A stretch of 64,000 nt of DNA from the IMG/VR virus record IMGVR_UViG_3300030103_005932, positions 2,628-66,627 of that record. One strand, given 5' to 3'. Source of the DNA: a virus. This document shows positions 27,392 through 37,762 of the stretch, piece by piece. The position numbers and the translations under genes are program-made. The notes beneath the pieces were generated by a model. That model was not told where the DNA came from. It ran no database searches and was given only the letters and a program-made list of their open reading frames with translations. How positions within the stretch are numbered: the first letter of the stretch is position 1; each line of letters starts with the position of its first letter.

Positions 27392-28243
27392 ATGCATGAT
27401 TTAATTCACAAATGGCAAGAACATATGTCTCTAGACAAAGGTATCGCGGCAAGAGATAAAGATTTCTATCTGTCCAGTGACGAAGTAGATGTCAAGACTC
27501 GGCAACATATAACGCCTAATGTGAAACACTTCAAAGATAAGACAGTCGTTGATGTAGGGTGTAATACAGGTTATTGGCTCCTACAATTTTATATCAATGG
27601 TGCGGCCAAAGTGATAGGAATAGAACCACGCAAACAAATAGTAGAACACTTCAATAAATTTGCTGATGTGAATTCAATTCCATGCAGGATGTTGCAAGGC
27701 TATCATCCAGAACTGCTTAACATAAAGGAGAATGTGGATTGTATAAGCATGATGAGTGTTGATGAAGAAATCTATGATTTTGACGAATATATCTACAAGG
27801 TAGGATGTAAACATCCTAACAGTGTGTTACTTTTACAAACCATGCTGATTGATGAGCGAGTCAACAATCCTTTCCCAACAGAGGATGTACATCATTCTGC
27901 TCCTGTCAAAAGATTTAAAGGTTTGATCTACAAATTTGAGGAAAACAACAATAATCATAGGGACGGGTTTGACCCTCACATGCCAGTCACTGACAGCCTT
28001 GGCCTGCAACACAATAATGGAGAAGAGGCTAGTTATATTCACACTGTGTATAGCAAGGACTATATGTCCTATATTATTGCTAGAAACGGCTTTGATATAT
28101 TGGATATTAAGAAAATTGATAAAGAGATTACAAGACCAATGACGCAGTCTGGAAAGAGTGGGAAATTATGGTGGATTAGTGCCAAAAACCGTAACATGAC
28201 ATCTAAAGAACCGTTGGACCTTTTTGAATACAAGACTAAATAA
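27392..28243 (+). CDS. class I SAM-dependent methyltransferase (CmoB-like)
   Basis: KTVVDVGCNTGY, GAAKVIGIEP. Confidence 0.85.
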   Translation: MHDLIHKWQEHMSLDKGIAARDKDFYLSSDEVDVKTRQHITPNVKHFKDKTVVDVGCNTGYWLLQFYINGAAKVIGIEPRKQIVEHFNKFADVNSIPCRMLQGYHPELLNIKENVDCISMMSVDEEIYDFDEYIYKVGCKHPNSVLLLQTMLIDERVNNPFPTEDVHHSAPVKRFKGLIYKFEENNNNHRDGFDPHMPVTDSLGLQHNNGEEASYIHTVYSKDYMSYIIARNGFDILDIKKIDKEITRPMTQSGKSGKLWWISAKNRNMTSKEPLDLFEYKTK

Positions 28244-28249
28244 TAGCGT

Positions 28250-29248
28250 ATGAAGAGTTTAGAACTTACAAAACCATTAACAACAGAGAGTTTACTTGCA
28301 GAATTTGAATCAAGATTCAATCAAACTCTAGATGTAAGCAAATACACAAAAGAAGAATTAGAAGACACGGCCAACCATATCAGAACAAAAATACACAACA
28401 TCACACAAAACACACATTTTGGACAAGAACTGAAAAATGAAAATTATCAGAAGAGCCAAATGATGTTGGATATTGTTAACCAAGCGATTGCAGAAAGAAA
28501 ACTTGCAGAGTATGGTGGCAACACAAACCCAGTTTTAGACAAAGCATCAGCACCTATCAAAGACAAACTTGCAAAAGGACAAGCATTAAGTCCAGATGAA
28601 AGAGAAGCGGCGGCAAAACTGATGTCAAGCAAAGACATGAAAACAGAAAATCCATTAGCGGCAATGGGCATGAGATTTGCGGGGGCGGCAGGTGCCGCGG
28701 CAGGTACCACAGCGGTCAATAGAATTGCAGACAAACTTGGAGCATCGAAAGACCACAAACAAAAGATGATCAAAAAAGAAGGTGTAGAAGAACAATCAGA
28801 ATTAATATTAGCGGCCAAGGACATGATGGACAAAGTCACAGGGTACTTGGAAGATCTAGCATCTATGAAAACAGAAGGCATGTTAGAACTCGCAGACAGA
28901 ATCAGAGATGAGATGGGTGCAGACAAGGCAGATGCATTCATGCAAAAAATCCAGCCAGCGATTGAACAGGCGGAGGCCACTTTAACGACAACTAGACAAG
29001 AACTAGACAACGGTGTAAGAATATTGACCGGAGAAGAAGTTGCTTCAGAACCTATGGGCGCCGATGACACGATGGACATGGACACAGATCTAGACTCACT
29101 GGACTCAGACACGGATGCAGAGACAGATGAGTTTGGAGCCTCTGACGCAGAAGCAGGCGGCACGGAACCCGAAGGCAGAGAACAAAGAGAATCCAAAGAA
29201 GTTTTTGAAACTTCTAACAGACTATACAGCAAACTAGCAGGGAAGTAA
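28250..29248 (+). CDS. probable head core/scaffold-like protein
   Basis: TAAATA 7 nt upstream; helical, acidic low-complexity C-terminus; ILAAKDMMD motif. Confidence 0.55.
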   Translation: MKSLELTKPLTTESLLAEFESRFNQTLDVSKYTKEELEDTANHIRTKIHNITQNTHFGQELKNENYQKSQMMLDIVNQAIAERKLAEYGGNTNPVLDKASAPIKDKLAKGQALSPDEREAAAKLMSSKDMKTENPLAAMGMRFAGAAGAAAGTTAVNRIADKLGASKDHKQKMIKKEGVEEQSELILAAKDMMDKVTGYLEDLASMKTEGMLELADRIRDEMGADKADAFMQKIQPAIEQAEATLTTTRQELDNGVRILTGEEVASEPMGADDTMDMDTDLDSLDSDTDAETDEFGASDAEAGGTEPEGREQRESKEVFETSNRLYSKLAGK

Positions 29249-29252
29249 TCCT

Positions 29253-29609
29253 GTGAGATTTTTCGAATTTAACAAAAGCGATACAGACCTTGAGTCGGCT
29301 CTGATCAATGTGCTGATGAACATGAAAGGCGATGCTGACGAAAAAGATCAAGCAAGTGATGTTAGCATGGATGCTGTTCAACAGATAATGAGCAATACAG
29401 GATATCCTGCATTCAACTATGATGTCTTTAAAAGAATCTATGACCAGGATGGTGATCTAAAAAATGTTGTTGCGGACTTTGATAACGAAAAAATTGTTAT
29501 CAAAACAGACAAGGAAGCAGAAAAAGATCCTGCTATGGACTACGACAATCAAGGTTCTACAGATGTTGTCAAAAAGATGGCAAGGTCTGCAATGAAAAGA
29601 AGATCTTAA
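29253..29609 (+). CDS. conserved late protein (MRFFEF N-terminus)
   Basis: GTG start; C-terminal VKKMARSAM motif. Confidence 0.65.
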   Translation: MRFFEFNKSDTDLESALINVLMNMKGDADEKDQASDVSMDAVQQIMSNTGYPAFNYDVFKRIYDQDGDLKNVVADFDNEKIVIKTDKEAEKDPAMDYDNQGSTDVVKKMARSAMKRRS

Positions 29610-30904
29610 AGATCCTTCAACCAATCACTTATTTCAGGAAACACTTTAGTATAATCTGTACCTCTACGTTTATCTAATAATGTAAGGTAGGTCTTTAATT
29701 GTTTTTGCTTACGTAGGTCAGGTTTTGCATCGGCAAATTCCTTTACATGGCCTTCCATGTATTTCTTTTGTGCTATCTTTACACTGTCCGGAAATCCATC
29801 GGTGTTAGTATCAAATGTATCGATCGCTTTTGTTAGGCCCAACGCATTTATCTTATCTCCGAATATTCCTGGATATAGGTATCCGTTACCACTTTCCATG
29901 TCTCTGTCAGCCGCCTTCAAGAAACTCCAATAAATTGGTTTTGTTTTGCTCCACTGGTTTATCTTCTCAACCATTTGGACCATGCCTGGCACAGATGTCA
30001 CTGTCAGTGCTGAATTTATCTGTTGTTGCACAGAAGTGTTGTGTAAAATATATTCAAAGTTTTTTTCAAATAGTTTTAGATCAAGTCCCGATCTTACATA
30101 CTCTCCTGGTTCTCCCCATGCGTCTAGGCTCCCTACAATGACCAATTTGTCTAGTCGTTGCTGTTCAATTAATTTTTCTAAACGATCAACCCAACGCTTG
30201 ACTCTCTCATGCTCAACATTTAAATTGCTAAAGAAAATTAGTGTCAGATCAGGTAATGTTCTCTTTTCTAAGAATTGTATCATCCTTTCTGTTTCTACTT
30301 GTAAAAATGGTTCACCACCAAACACATAGATCTTATGGAGGTGTTGGATATTTTTTTCAAACCATTCAAACAATCGATCGGTGTCGCGTTTTATGTTTGG
30401 ATTTAATGTAAAATCATCTGGGTCTAAAACAACTCCATCTTGATCGAATCTTCCAAACCTTTTTTGCTCTGCATGTATTTTGTTACTGTAATGAGGTCCA
30501 CAATAGATGCATTTCATGTTACAAGTGTTCCCCCAGTATATTTCAAGTTGTCTTGGGGTCACTGTTGTGGCGTCAAGATCTTTATCCAACTCGGGCGGTG
30601 CAGTATTACCTTCGAGATATAACTGAATCACTCTATCACTATGTCCTCCTGCTTCTTCGATGTGCTTACAACTTTCGCAACCTGATGGCCATTTACCGTC
30701 TAGCATCTGTTGTCTTTCATTAATCTTTCCTGGTTGATTGTGAAAGTTAAACTCCCCATTTACATTGTAATCATGCAACTTCGCTTTATGACAACTTGCA
30801 CTCTTTCCATCTGTAAGATAGACTGTGCTGAAAGTCCACTTTAATTGACAGGGAAGTCCTTTAGTGATTGGAAATTTTTTTGGCGGTTGTTTTGATATAC
30901 CCAT
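29606..30904 (-). CDS. radical SAM protein with N-terminal twitch domain
   Basis: CQLKW...SCH...CESC; CNMKCIYC; FGGEPF; SLDAWG..GEYVR. Confidence 0.9.
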   Translation of the reverse strand: MGISKQPPKKFPITKGLPCQLKWTFSTVYLTDGKSASCHKAKLHDYNVNGEFNFHNQPGKINERQQMLDGKWPSGCESCKHIEEAGGHSDRVIQLYLEGNTAPPELDKDLDATTVTPRQLEIYWGNTCNMKCIYCGPHYSNKIHAEQKRFGRFDQDGVVLDPDDFTLNPNIKRDTDRLFEWFEKNIQHLHKIYVFGGEPFLQVETERMIQFLEKRTLPDLTLIFFSNLNVEHERVKRWVDRLEKLIEQQRLDKLVIVGSLDAWGEPGEYVRSGLDLKLFEKNFEYILHNTSVQQQINSALTVTSVPGMVQMVEKINQWSKTKPIYWSFLKAADRDMESGNGYLYPGIFGDKINALGLTKAIDTFDTNTDGFPDSVKIAQKKYMEGHVKEFADAKPDLRKQKQLKTYLTLLDKRRGTDYTKVFPEISDWLKDL

Positions 30905-32085
30905 TATGCAAATAATTTAGAATACTCCGGAAATGTATCACTAAATTTTTCCTTCCTTACTGTATCTATTTTCTTGTTGAATTCCTTGAAAGAGTTTTGA
31001 TGTTTGTCATAATCAGGTGGTGTGGTATTCAACCATTTTTGCAAATCCTGAAATTTGTTTACCCATACGCGATCTGTATTTTTATATTTCGAAAGTTTTT
31101 CTATCACGGCCTCTTTGATTTTCTTGGGAAGATATCTGACATCGTTCCACGGTTTGTCATCACACCACATTCCTATTGCATGTATACCCAATTTTTTAAA
31201 GTAGTCATAATTTTCTTCATAATAGTAGATGTTCCATGGTGTAATCGTTGCTCTAATTGTTATTGACACGTTGTCGTGCCTTTCACAATCTTGCATGTAT
31301 CTTGAAAGATTGGCCAATATGTTTTTCCATTTACTACCATACCTAATGTATTCGTTCTTTTCTCCAATTGCGTCAATGCTGAATCCTATGTGGGCACTTT
31401 TGAAATTGCTTAACTTCTCAACAAGGTCTTCTTTGTATACCATTCCGTTGGTATGGAGGTTAAACATTTTTTCTTTCACTGTCGGACTGGCAAGTGCCTG
31501 TTCCAACGTCTTCCAAAACAAAGGTATGATCATAGGTTCGCCACCATACATGTCCCAAAAAATAATATTGTCTTCCCATTCTGCCCATCTCTTTTCTAGT
31601 TTTTCATTATTGGTGTAAGCAGTCTTGTGCCGGTCATAGAATGTAAGATAGTCTTTGAATGACTTTCCTTGATTATCTAATGCATAGTCTGTTTTGTACC
31701 ACATGCTACTCGTATGTGAATTACAACTTCTACAGGCATTGTTACATAAGTTGCCAGGCTTCACAATCATTATTCTTGGTTGCTCTTCAAGTACTTCAAC
31801 ACCTTGTAGGTCTCTATTGAATCTCTGTCTAGTAGATTCAACACCCGCGTCCTCACGTTGCCAACAGGCTTGGCAGGCAGGATGCTTGATGTCATTTTTG
31901 TGTGCATCAAGTAGTTCTTTGCGATGGGCACTCTTCCATATATCTTTGGCATCATCTGTCAGCACGTTATAATGTCTTTGATTTTTATCTTTTAGGTAGT
32001 GCCCAATAAGTTGATTGCAAGGTTGCACCATGCCGCTCATGTCGAAGTTCAAAGACAACTGTAAAACTTTACACTCTATGGCCAT
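30904..32085 (-). CDS. radical SAM protein with N-terminal SPASM/twitch domain
   Basis: QPCN...CQACW; CNNACRSC; YGGEP; TNG; SIDAIG..NEYIR; start moved to MAIEC to avoid overlap with the exonuclease. Confidence 0.9.
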   Translation of the reverse strand: MAIECKVLQLSLNFDMSGMVQPCNQLIGHYLKDKNQRHYNVLTDDAKDIWKSAHRKELLDAHKNDIKHPACQACWQREDAGVESTRQRFNRDLQGVEVLEEQPRIMIVKPGNLCNNACRSCNSHTSSMWYKTDYALDNQGKSFKDYLTFYDRHKTAYTNNEKLEKRWAEWEDNIIFWDMYGGEPMIIPLFWKTLEQALASPTVKEKMFNLHTNGMVYKEDLVEKLSNFKSAHIGFSIDAIGEKNEYIRYGSKWKNILANLSRYMQDCERHDNVSITIRATITPWNIYYYEENYDYFKKLGIHAIGMWCDDKPWNDVRYLPKKIKEAVIEKLSKYKNTDRVWVNKFQDLQKWLNTTPPDYDKHQNSFKEFNKKIDTVRKEKFSDTFPEYSKLFA

Positions 32086-32161
32086 TAGTTTACTCCACAG
32101 GCCATTATGCTTGTTAGATTGATGGTTGTGATATATGACATTATAATGTATAATTATCTTT

Positions 32162-32866
32162 ATGAAAATACCTAAAGAGGCTCTCGAAAGCAAAGGTATC
32201 GCATATGTTGAGAAATATCCATATGGCGAACTAAACAGGCAGAGCAAAAACGGTAAAAGGCACTATCAGACCCCAGATGGCAGACTGGTGCCAAGTGTTA
32301 CCACAGTGTTGAGTGCAACCAAAGATATGACGCACCTACATGCATGGCGTAAGAGAGTGGGAGCCGAAAAGGCTCAACAGATCACCACAGAGAGTGCTAA
32401 CATAGGAACCGTGATGCACCGTAGCCTAGAAAAGCACGTGAAGGGTGAAGACCGCACACCGGGATCAAATTTAATACAACAAAAAGCACACACAATGGCC
32501 AATGTAATCATAGACAACGGATTAAAAGATATTTCTGAGGTATGGGGATCAGAGGTTTCGCTACATTATCCTGAACTTTACGCCGGCACCACAGACTTGG
32601 TTGGAGTGTACAAGGGCGAACCTGCTATTATGGATTTCAAGCAGGCACGTAGATTGAAGAAAAAAGAGTGGGTGGAGGATTACTATCTCCAATTGGTGGC
32701 ATACTCCGAAGCACATAACAAACAATACGACACACAGATTAAGACTGGTCGTATCTTTATCTGCACACAGGCCAACGAATATCAAACATTCGAAATAGAC
32801 AACTACGATCAGTGGGTGGGTAAATGGTACGCCAAATTGGAACAATACTACAAGTCTATACTGTAA
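32162..32866 (+). CDS. PD-(D/E)XK exonuclease (Cas4/MGME1-like phage exonuclease)
   Basis: PSVTTVL, GTVMH..LE, YAGTTDL, IMDFK, QLVAY. Confidence 0.9.
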   Translation: MKIPKEALESKGIAYVEKYPYGELNRQSKNGKRHYQTPDGRLVPSVTTVLSATKDMTHLHAWRKRVGAEKAQQITTESANIGTVMHRSLEKHVKGEDRTPGSNLIQQKAHTMANVIIDNGLKDISEVWGSEVSLHYPELYAGTTDLVGVYKGEPAIMDFKQARRLKKKEWVEDYYLQLVAYSEAHNKQYDTQIKTGRIFICTQANEYQTFEIDNYDQWVGKWYAKLEQYYKSIL

Positions 32867-32879
32867 TAAATAACAACAT

Positions 32880-34499
32880 ATGCCGATAGTACAGATATCT
32901 AGAATACAGCACAGACGCGGAAAAAGAACCGATCTACCACAACTTGCGGCGGGTGAGTTAGGATGGGTGATTGACGAACAGAGATTGTTTATAGGAAACG
33001 GCACAGTGGCTGACGGCGCACCTGCTGTTGGCAATACAGAGATCATGGTATCGGGCAGTTCAGGATTTACCACTGCGGCGACTTATACCTACAAAGGATA
33101 CTTAGGAGATTCGACTCCAATCACTACAGGTGCCTCAGGTGCAGTCACAAGAACTGTGCAACAAAGATTAGATGACTATGCAAATGTAAAACAGTTTGAC
33201 GCCAAGGGTGACAACAGCACAGACGACTCCGCGGCAATCCAAAGAGCAATAGACGAATTATATTCAGACACAGACCAAGATGACACAAGAGCAAGGAGAA
33301 CATTATTCTTTCCAGCAGGAATTTACAAGATTGATACGACATTAACCATTCCGCCATACGCACACTTGATTGGCGAAGGACACGACAAAACAATAATTGA
33401 AATGTCCGGTGCAAGTGCTATAATGGTGACAGAAGATGACGACGGTAATGGGTACCTAAATATAGGTGCTTCAAGTGCCACAACACCTACGCAAATCCAA
33501 TTCAGCAACATGACATTCAAGAATACAAATGCAAGTGGTTCGGGTATGTCGATTGACAGTGCAACTAATTTATATTTTGAAAACTGTAAGTTTCAAGGTG
33601 CGTACTCATCAGGTGGTGCTGATGTGTCTGCAAACAAAGGTATCACGGTAAGGTCCACAAATGCATTGCAATGTTCTAATGTATATTTTCACAACTGCCA
33701 ATTTACAAAATTTGCTAGGTTAGTTGACATGAGTTTTGACGTTACGACTGTTAGATTTCATAACTGTGATTTCAGCATAGGATACTATGGTGCAATCATT
33801 GGTGACGAATGGGATAGTTCAACCACAAATGGTATGAGTGTTGGACCTAGAGATGTGCAGTTCACAGGAAGTAGTTGGAGCAGTATATCGCAACAAGCGA
33901 TCTATGTGAAGGCAAAACAATCTGTTGAAGCACCATCGAGAAATATTATTTCGCATGGTAATTTTTATGCGAAGACTGTTGCAAATAATTTCGAAGGTGT
34001 GGATAGCATACACGAAGTGCCTGTCATTCAATATGACCAAGATGAGTGTAGTTCTATTATGGACTTTTTCGAAAGGACTGATCTTCGGGACACAGACTTT
34101 GGAGACAGCACAAAACCTTCTAATACTCCACCTGAGGTGCAGGGTATAGCAATACACACAAAAGCAGTAAGACAGATTACTTTAGCAGACAACACATCGA
34201 CGGCCACCGATACAGGAATATATCTTCCTGGCTTTCTTGACAAAGGTGTTAGGATCACTTACAAAATGAACCGCGGAGCAAAGTACAGAACAGGAGTGTT
34301 CACTATAAGTGCGGCAGGTGAGATCTGCACGTTCAACGACGACTACGAGGAAACGTCGGATGTCGGTACAACTTTGACAGCAAAAAGTTCGGACGGTGAC
34401 TCAACCGCAGGCAACGACACTCTTCGTGTGCAATTCACAACAACGTCTGATTCAAGCACAGACGTTACCATGGAATATCAAGTACAGATATTAGTGTAA
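32880..34499 (+). CDS. tail fiber/spike protein with Mtd-N-like anchor and pectate-lyase-like beta-helix
   Basis: RIQHRRG...LAAGELGW...LFIGNG; NVKQFDAKGD...DDSAAIQRAI; FFPAGIY. Confidence 0.8.
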   Translation: MPIVQISRIQHRRGKRTDLPQLAAGELGWVIDEQRLFIGNGTVADGAPAVGNTEIMVSGSSGFTTAATYTYKGYLGDSTPITTGASGAVTRTVQQRLDDYANVKQFDAKGDNSTDDSAAIQRAIDELYSDTDQDDTRARRTLFFPAGIYKIDTTLTIPPYAHLIGEGHDKTIIEMSGASAIMVTEDDDGNGYLNIGASSATTPTQIQFSNMTFKNTNASGSGMSIDSATNLYFENCKFQGAYSSGGADVSANKGITVRSTNALQCSNVYFHNCQFTKFARLVDMSFDVTTVRFHNCDFSIGYYGAIIGDEWDSSTTNGMSVGPRDVQFTGSSWSSISQQAIYVKAKQSVEAPSRNIISHGNFYAKTVANNFEGVDSIHEVPVIQYDQDECSSIMDFFERTDLRDTDFGDSTKPSNTPPEVQGIAIHTKAVRQITLADNTSTATDTGIYLPGFLDKGVRITYKMNRGAKYRTGVFTISAAGEICTFNDDYEETSDVGTTLTAKSSDGDSTAGNDTLRVQFTTTSDSSTDVTMEYQVQILV

Positions 34500-34503
34500 T
34501 AAA

Positions 34504-35205
34504 ATGACATTGTTAATAAATGGTTGCAGTTTTGCACGTATTTGGAATGTCAGCGAAGAATTCAAAAATCATTTAGGTTGTTCAAAAATTGTCAACATTG
34601 GTAAAGTCGGCACCGGATTTGCTCGAACATTAAGATCTACTATCGAATGGGTAGCACAAAATGGCAAACCTAGGTTTGCTATTATTCCGATAACTTATGC
34701 CCACAGATGGGATATGGCAATAGCCAAAGAGGACGACACCCTGGATGGCACATGGCATCCTCTTCTAGAAGAACCCCATCTTGATTTAGACCGTATCGAT
34801 CTAGAAAACGTGTCTGAAGATAAATTAAAAAAGTTAGTACCATACTATCATGGTTGCATTCCAAACGTCAGAACATATTGGGACAAGATTTTTACTGAAA
34901 TAATATCATTGGCATCGTTCTTCGAAGCAAACGGAATAGAGTATTTGATGTGCGACATGGTAAACAACTTTGAAGAGAAACATTTGGCAGGTTACCAAGG
35001 ATTTACTAAACTGGACCTTATTAAAAATAATAAAAACATTATTGATTTATTTTCTTTTTGTGGTAATCACTTTATGTATAACAAATTACCTGAAAATAAG
35101 CGTGTGGGAGTCCATCCATATGCAAACCATCATGGAGCAACTGAATATAAACATTTTGAGCAGTACTTAATCGACTACTTAAATTCAAAGTTGTGTATAG
35201 AATAA
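34504..35205 (+). CDS. SGNH-like protein (DUF6071-like)
   Basis: NGCSF, GTGFARTLRST, C-terminal HH. Confidence 0.65.
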   Translation: MTLLINGCSFARIWNVSEEFKNHLGCSKIVNIGKVGTGFARTLRSTIEWVAQNGKPRFAIIPITYAHRWDMAIAKEDDTLDGTWHPLLEEPHLDLDRIDLENVSEDKLKKLVPYYHGCIPNVRTYWDKIFTEIISLASFFEANGIEYLMCDMVNNFEEKHLAGYQGFTKLDLIKNNKNIIDLFSFCGNHFMYNKLPENKRVGVHPYANHHGATEYKHFEQYLIDYLNSKLCIE

Positions 35206-35344
35206 TCTATTATCCACTAGACAAAAAAGTTTTTTTATCTTAATATTAGTACATAATAAAAACACAAAACGACGTGGTGATTTTTATCGTATGAAGGTGA
35301 CAGGAAAGACAACAAAAAAGTAGATAAGCAGGATTTAGATAAAT

Positions 35345-37747
35345 ATGGACACAACAAAAACAAAAATCAAAACAAAAAATTATAAAACAATTATGCCAAA
35401 CACAAACTCATCTACGATTCAAGTTCAGAAACGAGATGGGAGGCTAGAAAATCTTGACATTAACAAAATTCATTTTGTAGTCGAAGAGGCCTGCGAAGGT
35501 CTTTCCGGAGTTTCTAGTTCTCTTATCGAAATGAACGCCAACATACAATTCTATGACGGAATGACAACCAAAGATATACAAAACGTTTTAGTAAGATCAG
35601 CAAATGATCTTATCAGTCTCGAAGCACCAAACTATCAATATGCCGCGGCAAGACTTTTATCTTATGATGTGAGGAAAGAGGCACACGGTCAGTATGAATA
35701 TATTCCATTATTGAAATTAATCTTAAGGAATATTAGACTTGGCGTCTATGACAAAGGCATACTAGACAAGTACACAAAAACAGAATTAAAGAAGTTCAAT
35801 ACATGGATCAGAAGAGACAGAGATTTAAAATTCACTTATGCAGGCCTAAGACAAATATGTGACAAGTATCTTGTACAAGACAGAAGCACAGGTCAACTTT
35901 ATGAGACACCACAAGACATGTACATGATGATCGCGGCAACACTATTCGCAGACTATCCTACAAAGACCAGGATGTCATATGTAAAAAAATATTACGATGC
36001 AATATCATTGCACAAAATTAACATACCCACTCCTGTTATGGCAGGTGTGAGAACTCCTATCAGGCAATTTGCTTCTTGCGTTCTAGTGGACAGTGATGAC
36101 ACATTGCCAAGTATTTTTTCAAGCGACATGGCCATAGGTTTATATGTTGCCAGAAGAGCAGGCATAGGAATAAACGCAGGACGTATCAGAGGAATCAATT
36201 CTAAAATAAGAGGAGGGGAGGTTCAACACACTGGAGTCATTCCGTTCCTAAAAAAATTCGAATCAACTGTGAGATGTTGTACACAAAATGGTGTGCGTGG
36301 CGGAAACGCAACAGTTCACTTTCCTATATGGCACCCAGAGATTGAAGACATCCTTGTATTGAAAAACAATAAAGGTACAGAAGACAACAGAGTGAGACGT
36401 ATGGACTACTCAATACAAATTTCTAAACTGTTCTATGAGAGATTTATGAACGAAGAAGAGATCACATTGATCTCTCCACACATGGCTCCTGGATTGTATG
36501 AAGCGTTTGGAACAGACGAATTCGATGACTTGTATCTAAAATACGAAGCAGATAAAACTATTCCAAAGAAAAAAGTTGCGGCACAGGATTTGTTTTTTGA
36601 TTTATTAAAAGAACGAGCAGAGACAGGCCGTATCTATATTATGAACTTAGACCATTGTAATTCGCACAGCAGTTTCAAAGATAAAGTGTCAATGAGTAAT
36701 CTATGTCAAGAAATTACACTGCCCACAACACCAATACAAGATATACACGATGACCAAGGTGAGATAGCACTTTGTATTCTTTCTGCTGTAAACGTTGGTG
36801 CATTGAATGATTTAAATGAATTAGAAAACATCTGTGATTTAAGTGTTAGGGCTCTGGAGCAAATAATAGACTACCAAGACTATCCAGTGAAGGCGGCCGA
36901 AGTATCCACAAAAGCAAGAAGAAGTCTTGGTATTGGTTACATTGGTCTTGCACACTACCTTGCAAAGAATAATGTAAAGTATTATGAAAAAGGAGCATGG
37001 GAACTTGTAGACAGACTTTCTGAAGCATTTCAATATTACCTGTTGAGAGCAAGTTGCGATATTGCAAAAGAAAAAGGCAAATGTGAAGGTTTCGCTAGAA
37101 CAAAATATGCAGATGGTCAACTGCCAATAGACCATTACAAAAAAGAAGTAGACGAAATTGTGCCACACAAACAACGTATGGCATGGGAGTCATTAAGAAA
37201 AGACATAGCGAAGTATGGTCTGAGACACAGCACATTGTCTGCACAAATGCCATCTGAAAGTTCTTCCGTTGTCAGTAACGAAACAAACGGCATAGAACCA
37301 CCAAGAGCGATGTTGCAGATTAAGAAAAGTAAAAAAGGTCCATTGAAACAGATAGCACCTGGTTTTCCAAAACTTAAAAATGACTATACATTACTCTGGG
37401 ATATGCCTAGCAACGAAGGATATATTAATGTCGTGGCAATGATGCAAAAGTATTTTGATCAAGCGATATCAGGCAACTGGAGTTATAATCCATTACACTA
37501 TGAAAATAATGAAGTACCATTGTCTGCAATGGCACAAGACATGTTGGTTGCTTACAAATATGGTTGGAAAACAAGTTATTATCAAAACACTTATGACTTC
37601 AAAGGTGAAGAAGAAGATGTGCAACCTGCAGGCATAGGAACAGCAGAAGATGATGAAGGAGAGGACGTCATCTTAGAACCTGAAAATGTTGAACAACAGA
37701 TAAGTAGTACCGCAGACGACGGTGAGTGCGAAGCCTGTACAATCTAA
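35345..37747 (+). CDS. nrdA: class Ia ribonucleotide reductase alpha subunit
   Basis: ATP cone (VQKRDG), PTPVMAG, QFASC, TQNGVRGG, SNLCQEI, C-terminal CEAC. Confidence 0.98.
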   Translation: MDTTKTKIKTKNYKTIMPNTNSSTIQVQKRDGRLENLDINKIHFVVEEACEGLSGVSSSLIEMNANIQFYDGMTTKDIQNVLVRSANDLISLEAPNYQYAAARLLSYDVRKEAHGQYEYIPLLKLILRNIRLGVYDKGILDKYTKTELKKFNTWIRRDRDLKFTYAGLRQICDKYLVQDRSTGQLYETPQDMYMMIAATLFADYPTKTRMSYVKKYYDAISLHKINIPTPVMAGVRTPIRQFASCVLVDSDDTLPSIFSSDMAIGLYVARRAGIGINAGRIRGINSKIRGGEVQHTGVIPFLKKFESTVRCCTQNGVRGGNATVHFPIWHPEIEDILVLKNNKGTEDNRVRRMDYSIQISKLFYERFMNEEEITLISPHMAPGLYEAFGTDEFDDLYLKYEADKTIPKKKVAAQDLFFDLLKERAETGRIYIMNLDHCNSHSSFKDKVSMSNLCQEITLPTTPIQDIHDDQGEIALCILSAVNVGALNDLNELENICDLSVRALEQIIDYQDYPVKAAEVSTKARRSLGIGYIGLAHYLAKNNVKYYEKGAWELVDRLSEAFQYYLLRASCDIAKEKGKCEGFARTKYADGQLPIDHYKKEVDEIVPHKQRMAWESLRKDIAKYGLRHSTLSAQMPSESSSVVSNETNGIEPPRAMLQIKKSKKGPLKQIAPGFPKLKNDYTLLWDMPSNEGYINVVAMMQKYFDQAISGNWSYNPLHYENNEVPLSAMAQDMLVAYKYGWKTSYYQNTYDFKGEEEDVQPAGIGTAEDDEGEDVILEPENVEQQISSTADDGECEACTI

Positions 37748-37762
37748 CATTAAAGAATTATT

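Noticed and set aside
28447-29232. Long antisense ORF (261 aa) and the many other shadow ORFs in the track (e.g. 3856-4353, 18680-19192, 53471-54061)
   Set aside because: They lie opposite well-supported genes, are Ser/Leu/Phe-rich mirror translations, and have no RBS or motifs.
35205-35345. NrdR boxes upstream of phage nrdA
   Set aside because: Only half-matches (CACTAGAC, CACAAAACGACGTG), with no palindromic pair at 31-32 bp.
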